Notes under the pieces: model-generated | Seen by the model: the letters and a program-made list of their open reading frames with translations, nothing else | Databases searched by the model: none | Told to the model about the DNA's origin: nothing | Virus record (IMG/VR): IMGVR_UViG_3300031953_000036 | Span: 1 to 43,370 of that record | Source of the DNA: a virus | Lineage: Duplodnaviria > Caudoviricetes | DNA: 43,370 nucleotides | Direction: 5' to 3' (one strand) | In this document: positions 7,817-18,558 of the stretch, in pieces | Position numbering within the stretch: position 1 is the first letter of the stretch | How the letters are laid out: every line of letters begins with the position of its first letter | Position numbers and translations under genes: made by a program

Positions 7817-10800
7817 ATGGCCAGCATCAAAGAGCGCCTGATCCAGTACGTATTGCGCGGTAAGGACGAGTTGTCGACCGAAGCGCGCAAGGCTCAGGAA
7901 GCGCTGGAAGCGTTGCGTGCCGAGGGCGATGCCCTGCGCGAAACCCTGGACGCCAGCAACGCCGCCAAGGGGCTGGTAGAAGGCCTGGCCGCGACTGAGC
8001 GCGCAGCCGAGCGGGCCAGCGGTGTGGTTGAGCGCGCTGAGAAGAAGGCCGCCGACCTGCGCGCCGAGCTGGATGCCAACCCCGGCAGCCGCGGCCTGGC
8101 CACCTCGCTGCGCGCCGCCGAGAAAGAGGCCGAGCGCGCCCGCAAAGAACTGGACCGGCTGACTGGCTCGGTCGAAGAGCAGCGCCGGGCCGCCGAAGAG
8201 GCTGGCATCGACACCTCGAACCTGTCCGACGAACAGGTGCGCCTGGCCGCCGAGGCTGAGCGTACCCGCCGTGCCCTGGAAGAACACAACGGTGAGCTGA
8301 CCGAGCAGGAGCGCGCCGCCCGCGCCGCTGCCCGGGCCGCTGCCGAAAACGCTGACGAGGTGGACAACGCCGGCAATGCGGCGACCTCGGCTGGCAAGAA
8401 GATCCTGGTCTTTGCCGCCGCGTATATCTCTTTGAATGCCGCGGTCGGGCTGGTCAAAGGCGCGTTTGGCTTGCTGCGTGACGGCATGGCCAAGGTGTTT
8501 GACGAAGGATCGGCGGAAGAGCAGGCCCTGGCCCAGCTGCAGGCGGCGTTGAAGTCGACCGGCAACGCCGCTGGGCTGACCGCCGCGCAACTGGTTGAGA
8601 TGGCCGACAAGTTGAGCGACAGCTCGATGTTTGACGGCGAGCAGATTATCGACGCGCAGACGCGCCTGCTGTCGTATACCAATATTGCCGGCTCGGAATT
8701 CCCGCGCGCGATGCAGATTGTGGTCGATCAGTCGCAACGACTCGGCATGAGCATTGAGCAGTCTGCCGAGACGGTCGGCAAGGCGCTGCAAGATCCGGTA
8801 AAGGCCATGAGCGCGCTGGGTGAGCAGGGCTTTATCCTGAGCGACGGCCAAAAAAGGTTGCTCGAGCGCCTGACTGCCACCGGCAAAACCGCCGAGGCGC
8901 AAGCCGTCATCATGGATATGCTCACCGAGTCTTACGGTGGCGCGGCGGCGGCGGCCAAGCTCGGCACTTTTGCCGGGTTGTGGAAGACCATCGATGATCG
9001 GTTCGGCGATTTTGCGAAGAACGTCGCCGACAGCGGGTCGTTTGAGTACATCAAAACCAAGATGAAAGAGGTGGGCGATTACATCGTCGTGATGGCGGGA
9101 GACGGCCGGTTGGACACGCTGGCCACCGCGCTTTCGGACGCATTTATCAGAGGCGCCACTGAGGTTGAGCGCTACATCAAAAAGCTTGGCGACGTTGATT
9201 TTGGCGAGGTTGCCGGCAAGCTCCGCACTTTTGTCGATGACTCCGCCGAGCTGTACAACAAAACCCGGCTGGCTGGCCAACAGGCGGCGGGCGGGCTCGG
9301 CATCGCTTGGAATGGCCTCGGGGTCGCCGTCAATAGCGCAGCGGCGCTGGTGACCGGCGCGGCGCACGTCACCATCGGCTCGTCGGCGAGAATCGTTGGG
9401 GAGACAGCCGGGCTGTTCGGCGGCACCAAAATTCGTGATAAGGCCCGTGGCCTGAATACCTTTCTGCTCGACCTGAGTAAAGCCTATGCCGCGCAAGCGG
9501 GCACCGACCTCAGGCAGATCGGTGACGGCTGGAGCGTGCTAGCCGGGACCGCCGAGGGCAGCGCCAAGCAGCAGGCCACCGCCGCTGAGAAGGCCACCGC
9601 CGCGCTCAAGAAGTCGGCTGACCAAATGGCCACCGATCAAGCGGCAGGCGCCGCGGCCTTCCAGAAAGAAATCCAGGAGCTGAGCGACGCGATAGCGCAA
9701 GAGGTGCTCGACACGTCCGTCGCCGGTACCCGCGCCATTGCGGATATGAACGATGCGCTGCAGCTGATCGATACCGCGCAATCGCAAGAACAACTGGCCG
9801 GCCTGCGCAAAGGTCTGCTGAAGGCGTTTCAGGAGGGGCGCATCAGCCTTGAAGAGTTTCAGAACACGACCGGCGTGCTAGAAGGAAAGTTTCGCCGGCT
9901 AGGCGAGGGAGCAAAAGACGCTGCCCTGGGCGTGGACGGTCTGGCCCGCGACCTGAAGACCCTCGAGGGTGTGCAGGAGGCCATCGGCAACGCGAAGACC
10001 GATCTGGATATCCTCGCCATCCGCGCTGCGCTAAAAAAGCTCTACGAAAACGGCACGATAGACGCCAAAACCTACAACGCCGAAGTGGCTAAAACCGTCA
10101 CCAAGCAGACCGAGCTTAAAGGCGCCATCGAGAAAACCGCAGTGGCGGGCAAGGCCGCTGGCGAGCAGCTGACCAACTCGCAGATTGCCTACAACAAAGC
10201 GCTGGAAGACGGCATTCTGACCAGCGAAGAACTGCGCCGGGTATCCGGCCAGCGCATGGAAGAAGAACGCCGGGCCAGTGGCGAGGCAATGGAGCGCGAC
10301 CGCAAGGGCGTCGATGTTACTAAGCGCAATCTTGGAGAAGTGACGGATTATTTCGGTGCGGTGCTTACCAGCGCCCGCACGCCGCTGGCCAATATGAGCC
10401 AGGCAGCGTTGGCCGCGTTCGACGGCTTGTCGAACATCAGCAACGTCGATATGTCGATGGACACCAGCGACCTTGAGGGGACCACCGCCTCGCTGAAAGC
10501 GGCCGAAGAGGCGTGGCGGCGCTGGGATATGTCGATCACGCCGGGCATCAGCCCCTTCGGGCGCTGGCAGGTAGACACCGCCATGCGCAGCCTGGATGTG
10601 CAAAAGAACTTTTTGCGCGAGAAGGTTGCCCTGCAAGCGCTGATGGAGGGCTACGCCGACGGCAGCATCACCGCCTCCCAGTTCACCGCCCAAGCCGCCC
10701 AAGCCCGGCAGAATATGGATTTGCTCGACGAGTCTGACCTGAGCGCACTGGACACTGCCCTGGCCGGCGCCGCGCAAAAGATGCAGCAGTTAGAGCAGAG

Positions 10801-11212
10801 CAGCAAGTCGACCCTGACCAGCCTGCAAGAGGAACTGATGGGGCTGCGCGGCGAGACTGAGGCGCTGGAACAGAGCCGCTTTAACGCCCGCAAGGCCGAC
10901 CTTGCCGCGCAGCTGGCCGAGGCGCAGCAGAGCGGCGACGGCGCGGCGGCGGCCAATCTGCAACAGAGCGCCGCCACGCTGCGCCAAATTGAAGAAGAGA
11001 CCGGCAGTCAGCGCGCCGCCGCCGAGCGCAAAAAGCAGCAAGACGCGGCGGCGGCGGCGCTCAAGGCTGCACCGCCCGCGCCCGCCAAGCCGACGCAGAT
11101 CATCCGCCTGCAACCGGCACGCGGCGCTCCGGTGAACGTGACCGTGGACAGCGACACCGATAAAACCAACCTGCTCAGCGTGCTGGAAAGCGCTGGGCTG
11201 CGGAGCCTGTAA
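7817..11212 (+). CDS. Tail tape measure protein
   Basis: 1131 aa, Ala-rich helical; LKSTGNAAGLTAAQL and VGKALQDPVKAM tape-measure motifs. Confidence 0.92.
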   Translation: MASIKERLIQYVLRGKDELSTEARKAQEALEALRAEGDALRETLDASNAAKGLVEGLAATERAAERASGVVERAEKKAADLRAELDANPGSRGLATSLRAAEKEAERARKELDRLTGSVEEQRRAAEEAGIDTSNLSDEQVRLAAEAERTRRALEEHNGELTEQERAARAAARAAAENADEVDNAGNAATSAGKKILVFAAAYISLNAAVGLVKGAFGLLRDGMAKVFDEGSAEEQALAQLQAALKSTGNAAGLTAAQLVEMADKLSDSSMFDGEQIIDAQTRLLSYTNIAGSEFPRAMQIVVDQSQRLGMSIEQSAETVGKALQDPVKAMSALGEQGFILSDGQKRLLERLTATGKTAEAQAVIMDMLTESYGGAAAAAKLGTFAGLWKTIDDRFGDFAKNVADSGSFEYIKTKMKEVGDYIVVMAGDGRLDTLATALSDAFIRGATEVERYIKKLGDVDFGEVAGKLRTFVDDSAELYNKTRLAGQQAAGGLGIAWNGLGVAVNSAAALVTGAAHVTIGSSARIVGETAGLFGGTKIRDKARGLNTFLLDLSKAYAAQAGTDLRQIGDGWSVLAGTAEGSAKQQATAAEKATAALKKSADQMATDQAAGAAAFQKEIQELSDAIAQEVLDTSVAGTRAIADMNDALQLIDTAQSQEQLAGLRKGLLKAFQEGRISLEEFQNTTGVLEGKFRRLGEGAKDAALGVDGLARDLKTLEGVQEAIGNAKTDLDILAIRAALKKLYENGTIDAKTYNAEVAKTVTKQTELKGAIEKTAVAGKAAGEQLTNSQIAYNKALEDGILTSEELRRVSGQRMEEERRASGEAMERDRKGVDVTKRNLGEVTDYFGAVLTSARTPLANMSQAALAAFDGLSNISNVDMSMDTSDLEGTTASLKAAEEAWRRWDMSITPGISPFGRWQVDTAMRSLDVQKNFLREKVALQALMEGYADGSITASQFTAQAAQARQNMDLLDESDLSALDTALAGAAQKMQQLEQSSKSTLTSLQEELMGLRGETEALEQSRFNARKADLAAQLAEAQQSGDGAAAANLQQSAATLRQIEEETGSQRAAAERKKQQDAAAAALKAAPPAPAKPTQIIRLQPARGAPVNVTVDSDTDKTNLLSVLESAGLRSL

Positions 11213-11623
11213 ATGGGTGCATTAAACAGCTTGATCCTCGACGGCCTGACGCTGGACCCGCAGCACCAGTGGACCGATGAATTCGACTGGGACGCGGTGG
11301 AGCAGGAACAGACCCGCTCACTGAACGGAAAACTGATCGTGCAAGAGGGCGTCAAAAAACTGTACGGCCGGCCCATTACCTTGGCGGCCAATGAGGGCGC
11401 CTGGACGCCGCTGTCCACGGTCCGCGCGCTGGAAGCCCTGCGCGATGAGCGCGGGCGGGTGATGCTGCTGGACCTGCCGGATGGGCGCAGCGAGTACGTG
11501 ATTTTTAATCGCGACGGCGCGCCGCCCTTGCAGGCGCAGCAGTTGTTCCGGCTGGTCAATCCGCCGCTCGATGACTTGTTTGAAGTGACCCTGCGCCTGA
11601 TCACCGTCGCGCCGCCGGCCTGA
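11213..11623 (+). CDS. Tail protein (distal-tail-like)
   Basis: WTDEFDW, GRPITL motifs; immediately after the tape measure gene. Confidence 0.65.
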   Translation: MGALNSLILDGLTLDPQHQWTDEFDWDAVEQEQTRSLNGKLIVQEGVKKLYGRPITLAANEGAWTPLSTVRALEALRDERGRVMLLDLPDGRSEYVIFNRDGAPPLQAQQLFRLVNPPLDDLFEVTLRLITVAPPA

Positions 11624-11651
11624 TCCGCCACCCGCTGTTCCTACTGAATTC

Positions 11652-11674
11652 AATCCGCCACGCGCGGGTTTTTT
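11652..11674 (+). terminator. Putative intrinsic terminator
   Basis: AATCCGC-CACGC-GCGGGTT-TTTT. Confidence 0.55.
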
Positions 11675-11692
11675 ATTGCCCGGAGTTTTTAG

Positions 11693-14600
11693 ATGGCCAT
11701 CCTAGCGACTGACGTAAAGCTGCTGAAAAGCCAGCGCCTCACCGACGAAGAAGACGGCGGCGGCCGTGCTACCGGCCAGGCCGTGGCTGACGATGAGATT
11801 AATAACTTGTTCCCCGACATCAGCCGACTGGACCGCACCACGGGGCGCATCAACTTGCGTAAAGTGTTTGCCGGGGTCAGCACCACCAACAGCGACACCT
11901 ACCTTGGTGCCCACGCCATCGTCACCAAGGCTCCGGCTGATCCACGGGTATCGGTGCTGCTGTTTAACACCAAAAGCCAGACCGACGAGCGCAATGAAGC
12001 CAAGTCGTCAATCGAAAACTACCTGGTGCCCAGCACCGTGGCCAGTTTCGATCTGCTCGGCGACCAGCATCCAGGGCAGCGGGCGATTGTCGGTATCCAG
12101 CGGGTCGAGCAGGCCATGCCGGAAACGGGCGAGGTCTATCAATTGATCTCCGGGCTAGTCACTCAATACGTGCGCGTTGATGCCGTCGAGCCGAGCATCG
12201 AGGAATTTGCCTACGAGTCGAACGCCACATTTATAATGTACACCCGTCGGCGTGTATCAATGTCGATCAGCTCGGCGCTTGAATTCAAATTCCCTGGTGG
12301 CCAGCCACTACCTAGCGGTACATCCAACCTCAATATCAACGGCGAAAAGAAGTCGGTGGTGCTGGCTACCGTGGTCGCTGACTCGGCGCGTTATTACGGC
12401 ATCAGCAAGCTGGCAGCCGCCGTTGCGGTTGGTGACATTAACCTGACGGTTGATTCGGTGTATGCGCAGCTGGTGCCCAGTGCAATCAAGGAATCTGCAC
12501 TGGTCAATCAGGTGGGCGGGCCACGTACCCGACACGTTATCGCCAGCAGTACCATCGACCGCACAGCTGCACTGACTTTTGCCAGTGCTGGTACAGGTGT
12601 CAGCCGAGCATTTCTGACCACTGGGACGGTGCGCCGCTCGGTAACGCTGAGTATCAATGGTGGTGTGTATACCGACGATGGCACTGGCAAACTGAACGTC
12701 TCGGGTGCCAGCGCCGGCTTTACCAACATCAGCATCGATTACGAAACCGGCGAGATCAACGCCTACCGCGCCTCGGTGTTTACCGGTTCGGCCAGCGCCA
12801 CGTATCGCCCTGGTGTGGCGGCGACCGGACAGGCAATCACCGGCATGATCGAGATCGATCTGGCCAGCCGTGGCTTTGCCTACACCCTGAATCTGGCCGA
12901 TGCCAAGCTACGCCCCGGCACGCTGGTGATTAGCTTTATGGCCCTTGGCCGCTGGTACGACCTGACCGATACCGGCGCCGGGGTGCTGGTGGGTGAGGGT
13001 AGCGGCTCGGTGGATTTTGCTACCGGCTCGGTGAGCCTGAGCCTGAATGCGCTGCCCGACGTGGGCACCGCACTGCTCTATTCGTACATCGGGCAGATGG
13101 CCGACAACTACGTGGTGCGAACCGGCAGCGGCGCGGCGCCCACCGGCGAGATTCGCCATCGCCTGCCACACGACGGCATATTGCCCGGCAGCGTAGTGGT
13201 GACCACGCGCCAGGGCGGCATCGAGAAAACCCTGATCGACAACGGCGACGGTACCCTGAGCGGCGCCGGCGGCAGCGGCATCATCTACTACGCCGACGGC
13301 AATCTGCGTCTGAGCCTGACCGCCACCCAGGACGCCGACAGCACCATTGAGTTTGCCTATCAAGTCGGCGAGGCGGCCGCGCTGATCAATACCACGCTCA
13401 GCGGCGGGCCGGACGCAGGCGGGTTGCTGACCGGGACTATTCCGGGCGCGCCACTGAAACCCGGAACGGTGCAGTTTAATTGGCAGGTGGCCCAGAAAAG
13501 CCGCACGCCAGTACTGTCAGCGTGGGACCGGTGGAGCTCTGATGACGCCACCGTGACGGTGTACAGCGGGACGGTATCACTGGAGCGCTCGATCAACGAC
13601 AACAGCACCGGCGGCTGGCCAGGGCTGGCGGGCAGCCTTAATTACACCACCGGCGAGTTTTCCCTGGTGGTCGAGGCGCAGTACAGCTACCCGGAGTACT
13701 ACGTAGGCCACAACTACAAGGGCTACCCGCAGGTAAGCGCCGCCGCCAACAACGCCCAACAATCCTACTCAGGCACCCTGCGCGTACAAGCCATGCCCGC
13801 CGACGCGGTGCTGTTCACCGAATCCGACAGCCTCGGCGCCCCCGGCCTGACCTGGGATCTGTTGCCCGGCATCGCTGACTTCATCCTGCCCGGCAGCCTA
13901 CTGCTGAGCTATGCCGGCGAGACCTATGTAGACCGCGACGGCGCGCTGTACAAGGGCGTGAGCAGCAGCACCAACGCCGGCATAATGGTTGGCGCCATCG
14001 ACTACGACAGCGGCCTGGCCACCCTGACCAGCTACCCGGGCGGCGCCACTGGCGCGATCACCCGGCTGGCTTGCCTGACCGCGAAAACCGGCTTCAGCAC
14101 CACGGCAGTGATGTTCCGCACGCCGGGCTCGCCGCTGCGCCCGGCCAGCACGCAGATCACCGCGGTGCGCGCTGACACCGCCGAAATCGTTACGGCGATT
14201 GCCGACCTGAACGGCGTGGTGAGCAGCGGTATTATTCACGGCAACGTCGATTACCAGACCGGCATCGTGCAGCTGTCGTTTACCAGCAACCCAGACGACG
14301 AAACCGGTGCCAGCGATGTGCCGGTGATTGCCAGCCTGCTGCGCTACAACACCGTTCTGCAAACCAGCCTGCCCATGTCCGCCGAGCTACTGGGCCTCGA
14401 CCCGGTTCGCCTGCCGGCCGATGGCCGGGTGCCGATCTACCGCGATGGCGACGTGTTGGTGATCCAGCACACCAGCGAAACCAGTGTGGCCAGCCCACAG
14501 GCCGGGGCCATGCTCCAGTTGGGCCGTGATCGCCAGGCGAATATCGAAGTGCTGGATGCCGGCGGCTTGTCGCTGATCGCCGCCAGCTACAGCGCCGACC

Positions 14601-15265
14601 GCGCCTTGGGGCAAGTTACCTGGGCCAATCCGCTGGTGCTGCAAGACGCCACCGGCACCCCGCTGACCCTGCCGCTGGTGGTGCGCGATCGCGTGGAACA
14701 CATGACCCTCTGCACCGAAGTGCAGATCAGCGGTGTACTTGGCATCAACTCGCCATTGCCCTGGAGCCTGCCGGCGGGCAGTACGGCCGTATCCAGTGCC
14801 GTGACCTGGGGTGACTTGCAGGCCCGTTACTTGCGCTGGTTTGCCCAGCAGACCTGGAGCAGCAGCAACCCAAACTGGTCGGATACCTTGATTGGTAATG
14901 GCACTACCGCCAACTACAACCTGTTGTCCTACCCTCCGGTTATTACCAATCGCGGCGCGATCAATGCACGCTGGGCGCTGGTGTTTACCAGCGCCTCGGC
15001 ATTTAACGTGGTCGAGGAGAAGCTCGGGGTTATTGCTAACGGCGATATTTACAACGACTGCTCACCGATGAACCCGACTGGCGGAGGCCCTTATTTCACA
15101 CTGCGCTTTGAAGGCTGGGGGGCCGGCTGGTCTGCCGGTAATGTGGTGCGCTTTAATACTGACTCGGCACTTGGCCCGTTGTGGATAGTGCGCACGATAT
15201 TAAGCGGCCAAGGCCTAGTTGATAACGATCAATTCAAATTGCAAGTTCGTGGGGATGCAGAATAA
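11693..15265 (+). CDS. Large tail tip protein with repeated beta domains
   Basis: 1190 aa; about six D.G.G.L...G.(I/V)DY.TG repeats; position in tail module. Confidence 0.75.
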   Translation: MAILATDVKLLKSQRLTDEEDGGGRATGQAVADDEINNLFPDISRLDRTTGRINLRKVFAGVSTTNSDTYLGAHAIVTKAPADPRVSVLLFNTKSQTDERNEAKSSIENYLVPSTVASFDLLGDQHPGQRAIVGIQRVEQAMPETGEVYQLISGLVTQYVRVDAVEPSIEEFAYESNATFIMYTRRRVSMSISSALEFKFPGGQPLPSGTSNLNINGEKKSVVLATVVADSARYYGISKLAAAVAVGDINLTVDSVYAQLVPSAIKESALVNQVGGPRTRHVIASSTIDRTAALTFASAGTGVSRAFLTTGTVRRSVTLSINGGVYTDDGTGKLNVSGASAGFTNISIDYETGEINAYRASVFTGSASATYRPGVAATGQAITGMIEIDLASRGFAYTLNLADAKLRPGTLVISFMALGRWYDLTDTGAGVLVGEGSGSVDFATGSVSLSLNALPDVGTALLYSYIGQMADNYVVRTGSGAAPTGEIRHRLPHDGILPGSVVVTTRQGGIEKTLIDNGDGTLSGAGGSGIIYYADGNLRLSLTATQDADSTIEFAYQVGEAAALINTTLSGGPDAGGLLTGTIPGAPLKPGTVQFNWQVAQKSRTPVLSAWDRWSSDDATVTVYSGTVSLERSINDNSTGGWPGLAGSLNYTTGEFSLVVEAQYSYPEYYVGHNYKGYPQVSAAANNAQQSYSGTLRVQAMPADAVLFTESDSLGAPGLTWDLLPGIADFILPGSLLLSYAGETYVDRDGALYKGVSSSTNAGIMVGAIDYDSGLATLTSYPGGATGAITRLACLTAKTGFSTTAVMFRTPGSPLRPASTQITAVRADTAEIVTAIADLNGVVSSGIIHGNVDYQTGIVQLSFTSNPDDETGASDVPVIASLLRYNTVLQTSLPMSAELLGLDPVRLPADGRVPIYRDGDVLVIQHTSETSVASPQAGAMLQLGRDRQANIEVLDAGGLSLIAASYSADRALGQVTWANPLVLQDATGTPLTLPLVVRDRVEHMTLCTEVQISGVLGINSPLPWSLPAGSTAVSSAVTWGDLQARYLRWFAQQTWSSSNPNWSDTLIGNGTTANYNLLSYPPVITNRGAINARWALVFTSASAFNVVEEKLGVIANGDIYNDCSPMNPTGGGPYFTLRFEGWGAGWSAGNVVRFNTDSALGPLWIVRTILSGQGLVDNDQFKLQVRGDAE

Positions 15266-16389
15266 TGGCCAGCGAAGGACAATTAAACGCACTGCTCTCG
15301 TCGCTGGTCTATGTTGCGGGCCTTCCTGCATCACGCGCAGTTGTCGCTCTTGAGCGCACTTCGGCTGGAGTTTGGCAAGTGTGCGGAAGCGGGATGAGCA
15401 GTGAGTCAGGTGAGGCCGCGGTAAATATTCTTGGTGATCCAGCGTCAGCCGTGTATGCCGTCGCGCTAGACGAGTGGGGGAGCGCCTGGGCGCCAGCCCT
15501 GTCTGTTAGCGCTGGCGATACAATACGGCCCACCGATTTCGATGGTTTTTTATTCCGAGTCACCTCGGCAGGGGTTTTACCTGACATCGAACCTGTGTGG
15601 TGGACGACTGCCACCGAAGGCCCACAACCCCTCGGCTCGGCCATGGTAGAGGCTGTGCGTTACTACCAACCTATTGCGCACGGCCCGCTGATCCTGAGCT
15701 ATGAAGAAAAAGACCCCTATTGGGCAAATGTGGTTAGCCTCCTACACTTCGATGTGGCGGGAACCTCGTCTACACCGGACGAAACGGGCAGAGTGTGGGC
15801 ATTCACCGGTAATGCACAGCTAGACACGGCGCAGTCGAAATTCGGCGGGGCGTCCTCGTTTTTTGGTGGAGCCTCGGATTCTCTTGCCACCCCGCACTCT
15901 GGAGACTTAAATTTTGGCTCCGGGGACTTTACGCTTGAGCTTCAGTTCAGATCGGCTGAACGCTTGCAGTCAGGGACAAGGCAAATGGCTTTGCTTGCAA
16001 AGTGGGGCGATAGTACCCAGTCGATAAAGTTCAGCTTTCTTATCGACTACTACAATGGAGCGCTCAGGTTTGTAGCTTCCAGAGATGGGTCGTCTACCTC
16101 TCCCATCTTGGTATCGGCCCCTTATGTTATCGACGCCGGAGTATGGATGCATCTTGCTGTCGTTCGTCGCGCGGGAACGCTCATGTTCTTCATAGATGGA
16201 AAACTCTCTGCATCTGCCTCAGTAGCGGTCATCGGAACTTCTACCTCTCCGATGATAGTTGGTAATAAATCCGATGGAAATGGCACTTCTTTTTTCAGTG
16301 GCCATATTGACGAACTGCGAATTACAAAAGGGGTGGCGCGCTACACGGATAACTTTATCCCCCCTGCCGAACCATTCCTGAATCTATAA
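15265..16389 (+). CDS. Putative receptor-binding protein with C-terminal LamG/ConA-like domain
   Basis: DPYWANVVSLLHFD, GDFTLE, WMHLAVVR, GHIDELRITKGVARY; lower GC. Confidence 0.8.
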   Translation: MASEGQLNALLSSLVYVAGLPASRAVVALERTSAGVWQVCGSGMSSESGEAAVNILGDPASAVYAVALDEWGSAWAPALSVSAGDTIRPTDFDGFLFRVTSAGVLPDIEPVWWTTATEGPQPLGSAMVEAVRYYQPIAHGPLILSYEEKDPYWANVVSLLHFDVAGTSSTPDETGRVWAFTGNAQLDTAQSKFGGASSFFGGASDSLATPHSGDLNFGSGDFTLELQFRSAERLQSGTRQMALLAKWGDSTQSIKFSFLIDYYNGALRFVASRDGSSTSPILVSAPYVIDAGVWMHLAVVRRAGTLMFFIDGKLSASASVAVIGTSTSPMIVGNKSDGNGTSFFSGHIDELRITKGVARYTDNFIPPAEPFLNL

Positions 16390-16417
16390 CTAGCTGCCAG
16401 CTTGTGGAGTCCATGTA

Positions 16418-18322
16418 ATGCAGACTTACTTGCCTGTCGGAGCAGTATTTGATCTTGTAGGCGAGGCATACAAGCCGCCCGCCATTCCGGCGTTTGTGTT
16501 CACGTTCAAAGAAACAGTCGCGGGTTATATACCCCCGCCACGAATAACGCTCGGGGTGTCGTGCTCTTGGAGCAAGAGTAACCAGAGACTCGGTGCAACC
16601 GACGGTAGTAAATGGGCCGCCTCAGTACCCAAAAACGATACCTCCCTGGTGGCTTGGGGCCGGGCGACAGTTGTCGAGGTCGTGCATTCGGCACATTGGA
16701 TTGGATTGCTGTCGAGCAAAGACCTGGCTCGCGCGCTGTGCTGGGATGAGCTGTCGCCGCAAGACGCAGGCGCGCCCAGTGCCTGGAACAACCCTCCGCC
16801 GCTGGATGTCGCAGTGGGCGCACCCTGGGATCACAGCATCGGTGCACGGGATGTGCGGCTGCGGCTGATCTACAACCCACGCCCGGCGATCCGCGACGCC
16901 GTCGCCGGGTTGCCCTGGCATGCGTGCGATCAGGTCGGCCAGCGCTACGACTACGCCCAGGAACTGCTCGACAGCCTGTATATCCCCGGCCCCGGGCCGC
17001 TGCACTTCTCGTTCGGCGGGGCGCGTTACCAGCCAGCCACGGCGCCGCAAGTGTTCTTTGATTTTCGCCACACGCCGCTGCGCCGGGCCATTCAGCCGGT
17101 TGATGCGCGGTCGGCGGCGGTCGGCTATAAATCGGCCAGCGTCATCGATCTGCTGCGGCTGCTGCGCTGGGGCTGGGGCACGCCTACCGACCCAATCCCG
17201 ACCGGCATCGAGTACCCGGACTATGCCGGCCCGGTGGTCGTCATCGACACCCTGCAACCGCCGGCCGAGCCGGACATTCTGGAGAGTTACATGATTGCCA
17301 ACACCGTGACCCTGGTGGTGCTGCCCGAGCGCACGCCGCTGGATGCGCAGAATATCCGGGTGGCGCTGGATATCGACTCGTTCAGCTGGTCGTTCAGCGC
17401 CGATCTGCTGGGGCAGACCTCGCTCAATCTGGTGCGCCCGGATGCCGATGGGCAGAAGACCGTCGAACTGGATATCAATGGCTGGAAATGGCTGATGCTG
17501 ATCGAGCGCTACAGCCGCACGCAGAAATTCCCGGCCGAGCACTACAGCATCAACGGCGCCAGCCGCAGCCAGTTGCTTGCCACGCCCTATGCGCCGCCCC
17601 GCAGCGCCGTGAATAGCGCCGCCATCACCGCCCAGCAGGCCGCCGCCGCGCAGCTGACCAACACCGGCTTCACCCTTACCTGGGACGCGCTCAACAACAA
17701 CCCGCCGGACTGGACCCTGCCGGCCGGTGCGCTGAGCTATCAGGATCAAAGCGCCCTGCAGGTGATTGCGCGGATTGCCGCCGCGGCTGGTGCGATCGTG
17801 CGCCCGGCCCGCGACAGTGACGCGCTCAGCGTGCTGCCGCGCTACCGCGCTCCGGTCTGGGAGTGGCCCACCGCGATTATGGACCGGATCATTCCGACTG
17901 ACATCGTCACCAGCCTGGGCGGCGAGTGGGCGCCGCAACCGGCCTGGAACAGCTGCTATGTGTCGGGCACCAACTTCGGAGTGGCCATGGATGTGCGCCG
18001 CGCCGGCACGGCCGGCGATCACCCGGCGCCCGACGTGCTCGATGACCTGATCACCGGCACCGAGGTGGCCCGCCAGCGCGGCATCTGCGAGATCAGCCAG
18101 GGCGGCAATCAGGAAATTGTCAGCCAGGTCATCCCGCTATTCGCCGCCGGCACTGTCGGCAATCCAGGCCTGGTGGAGCCAGCGATGCTCTGCGAGATTC
18201 GTGGCGACGGCGACACCTGGCGCGGCTTGTGCCTGTCCACGGAGATCAGCGCCGCCGGTGTTGGCGCGGCGCGGGTCACGCAAACCCTACGCCTTGAGCG
18301 GCACACCGGCGGGGGCTACTGA
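16418..18322 (+). CDS. Tail/baseplate hub-like structural protein
   Basis: 634 aa in tail module; LDIDSFSWSFSADL; overlaps next gene. Confidence 0.65.
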   Translation: MQTYLPVGAVFDLVGEAYKPPAIPAFVFTFKETVAGYIPPPRITLGVSCSWSKSNQRLGATDGSKWAASVPKNDTSLVAWGRATVVEVVHSAHWIGLLSSKDLARALCWDELSPQDAGAPSAWNNPPPLDVAVGAPWDHSIGARDVRLRLIYNPRPAIRDAVAGLPWHACDQVGQRYDYAQELLDSLYIPGPGPLHFSFGGARYQPATAPQVFFDFRHTPLRRAIQPVDARSAAVGYKSASVIDLLRLLRWGWGTPTDPIPTGIEYPDYAGPVVVIDTLQPPAEPDILESYMIANTVTLVVLPERTPLDAQNIRVALDIDSFSWSFSADLLGQTSLNLVRPDADGQKTVELDINGWKWLMLIERYSRTQKFPAEHYSINGASRSQLLATPYAPPRSAVNSAAITAQQAAAAQLTNTGFTLTWDALNNNPPDWTLPAGALSYQDQSALQVIARIAAAAGAIVRPARDSDALSVLPRYRAPVWEWPTAIMDRIIPTDIVTSLGGEWAPQPAWNSCYVSGTNFGVAMDVRRAGTAGDHPAPDVLDDLITGTEVARQRGICEISQGGNQEIVSQVIPLFAAGTVGNPGLVEPAMLCEIRGDGDTWRGLCLSTEISAAGVGAARVTQTLRLERHTGGGY

Positions 18323-18558
18323 TGGCTACCGTCAACCCATGGCGCCGCTTTATCGGCCTGCTACCCGGCGGCGTGCGCGCAGTCGGTCGCGTCATCAGCA
18401 GCAACACCGGCACCGCCACCAGCGTGATCGAACTGCGCAACGGCATCCAGATCCAAGCGCGCGGCATCAGCGTCGCGGTCAACAGCAACGCCTTTATCGT
18501 CGATGGCACCGTCACCGGCCCCGCGCCGGATTTACCGCAGTACGACGTGGAGGTGTGA
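18322..18558 (+). CDS. Small tail protein (78 aa)
   Basis: MATVNPWRRFIGLLP; TGATG coupling. Confidence 0.7.
   Translation: MATVNPWRRFIGLLPGGVRAVGRVISSNTGTATSVIELRNGIQIQARGISVAVNSNAFIVDGTVTGPAPDLPQYDVEV

Noticed and set aside
7769-9496. Long antisense ORFs (also 16622-18022, 22798-23742, 33847-34755, 40242-41456)
   Set aside because: Shadow frames of high-GC genes with clear family motifs on the opposite strand
15265-16389. Diversity-generating retroelement or invertible tail-fibre cassette
   Set aside because: No reverse transcriptase, template repeat, serine invertase or inverted crossover sites seen
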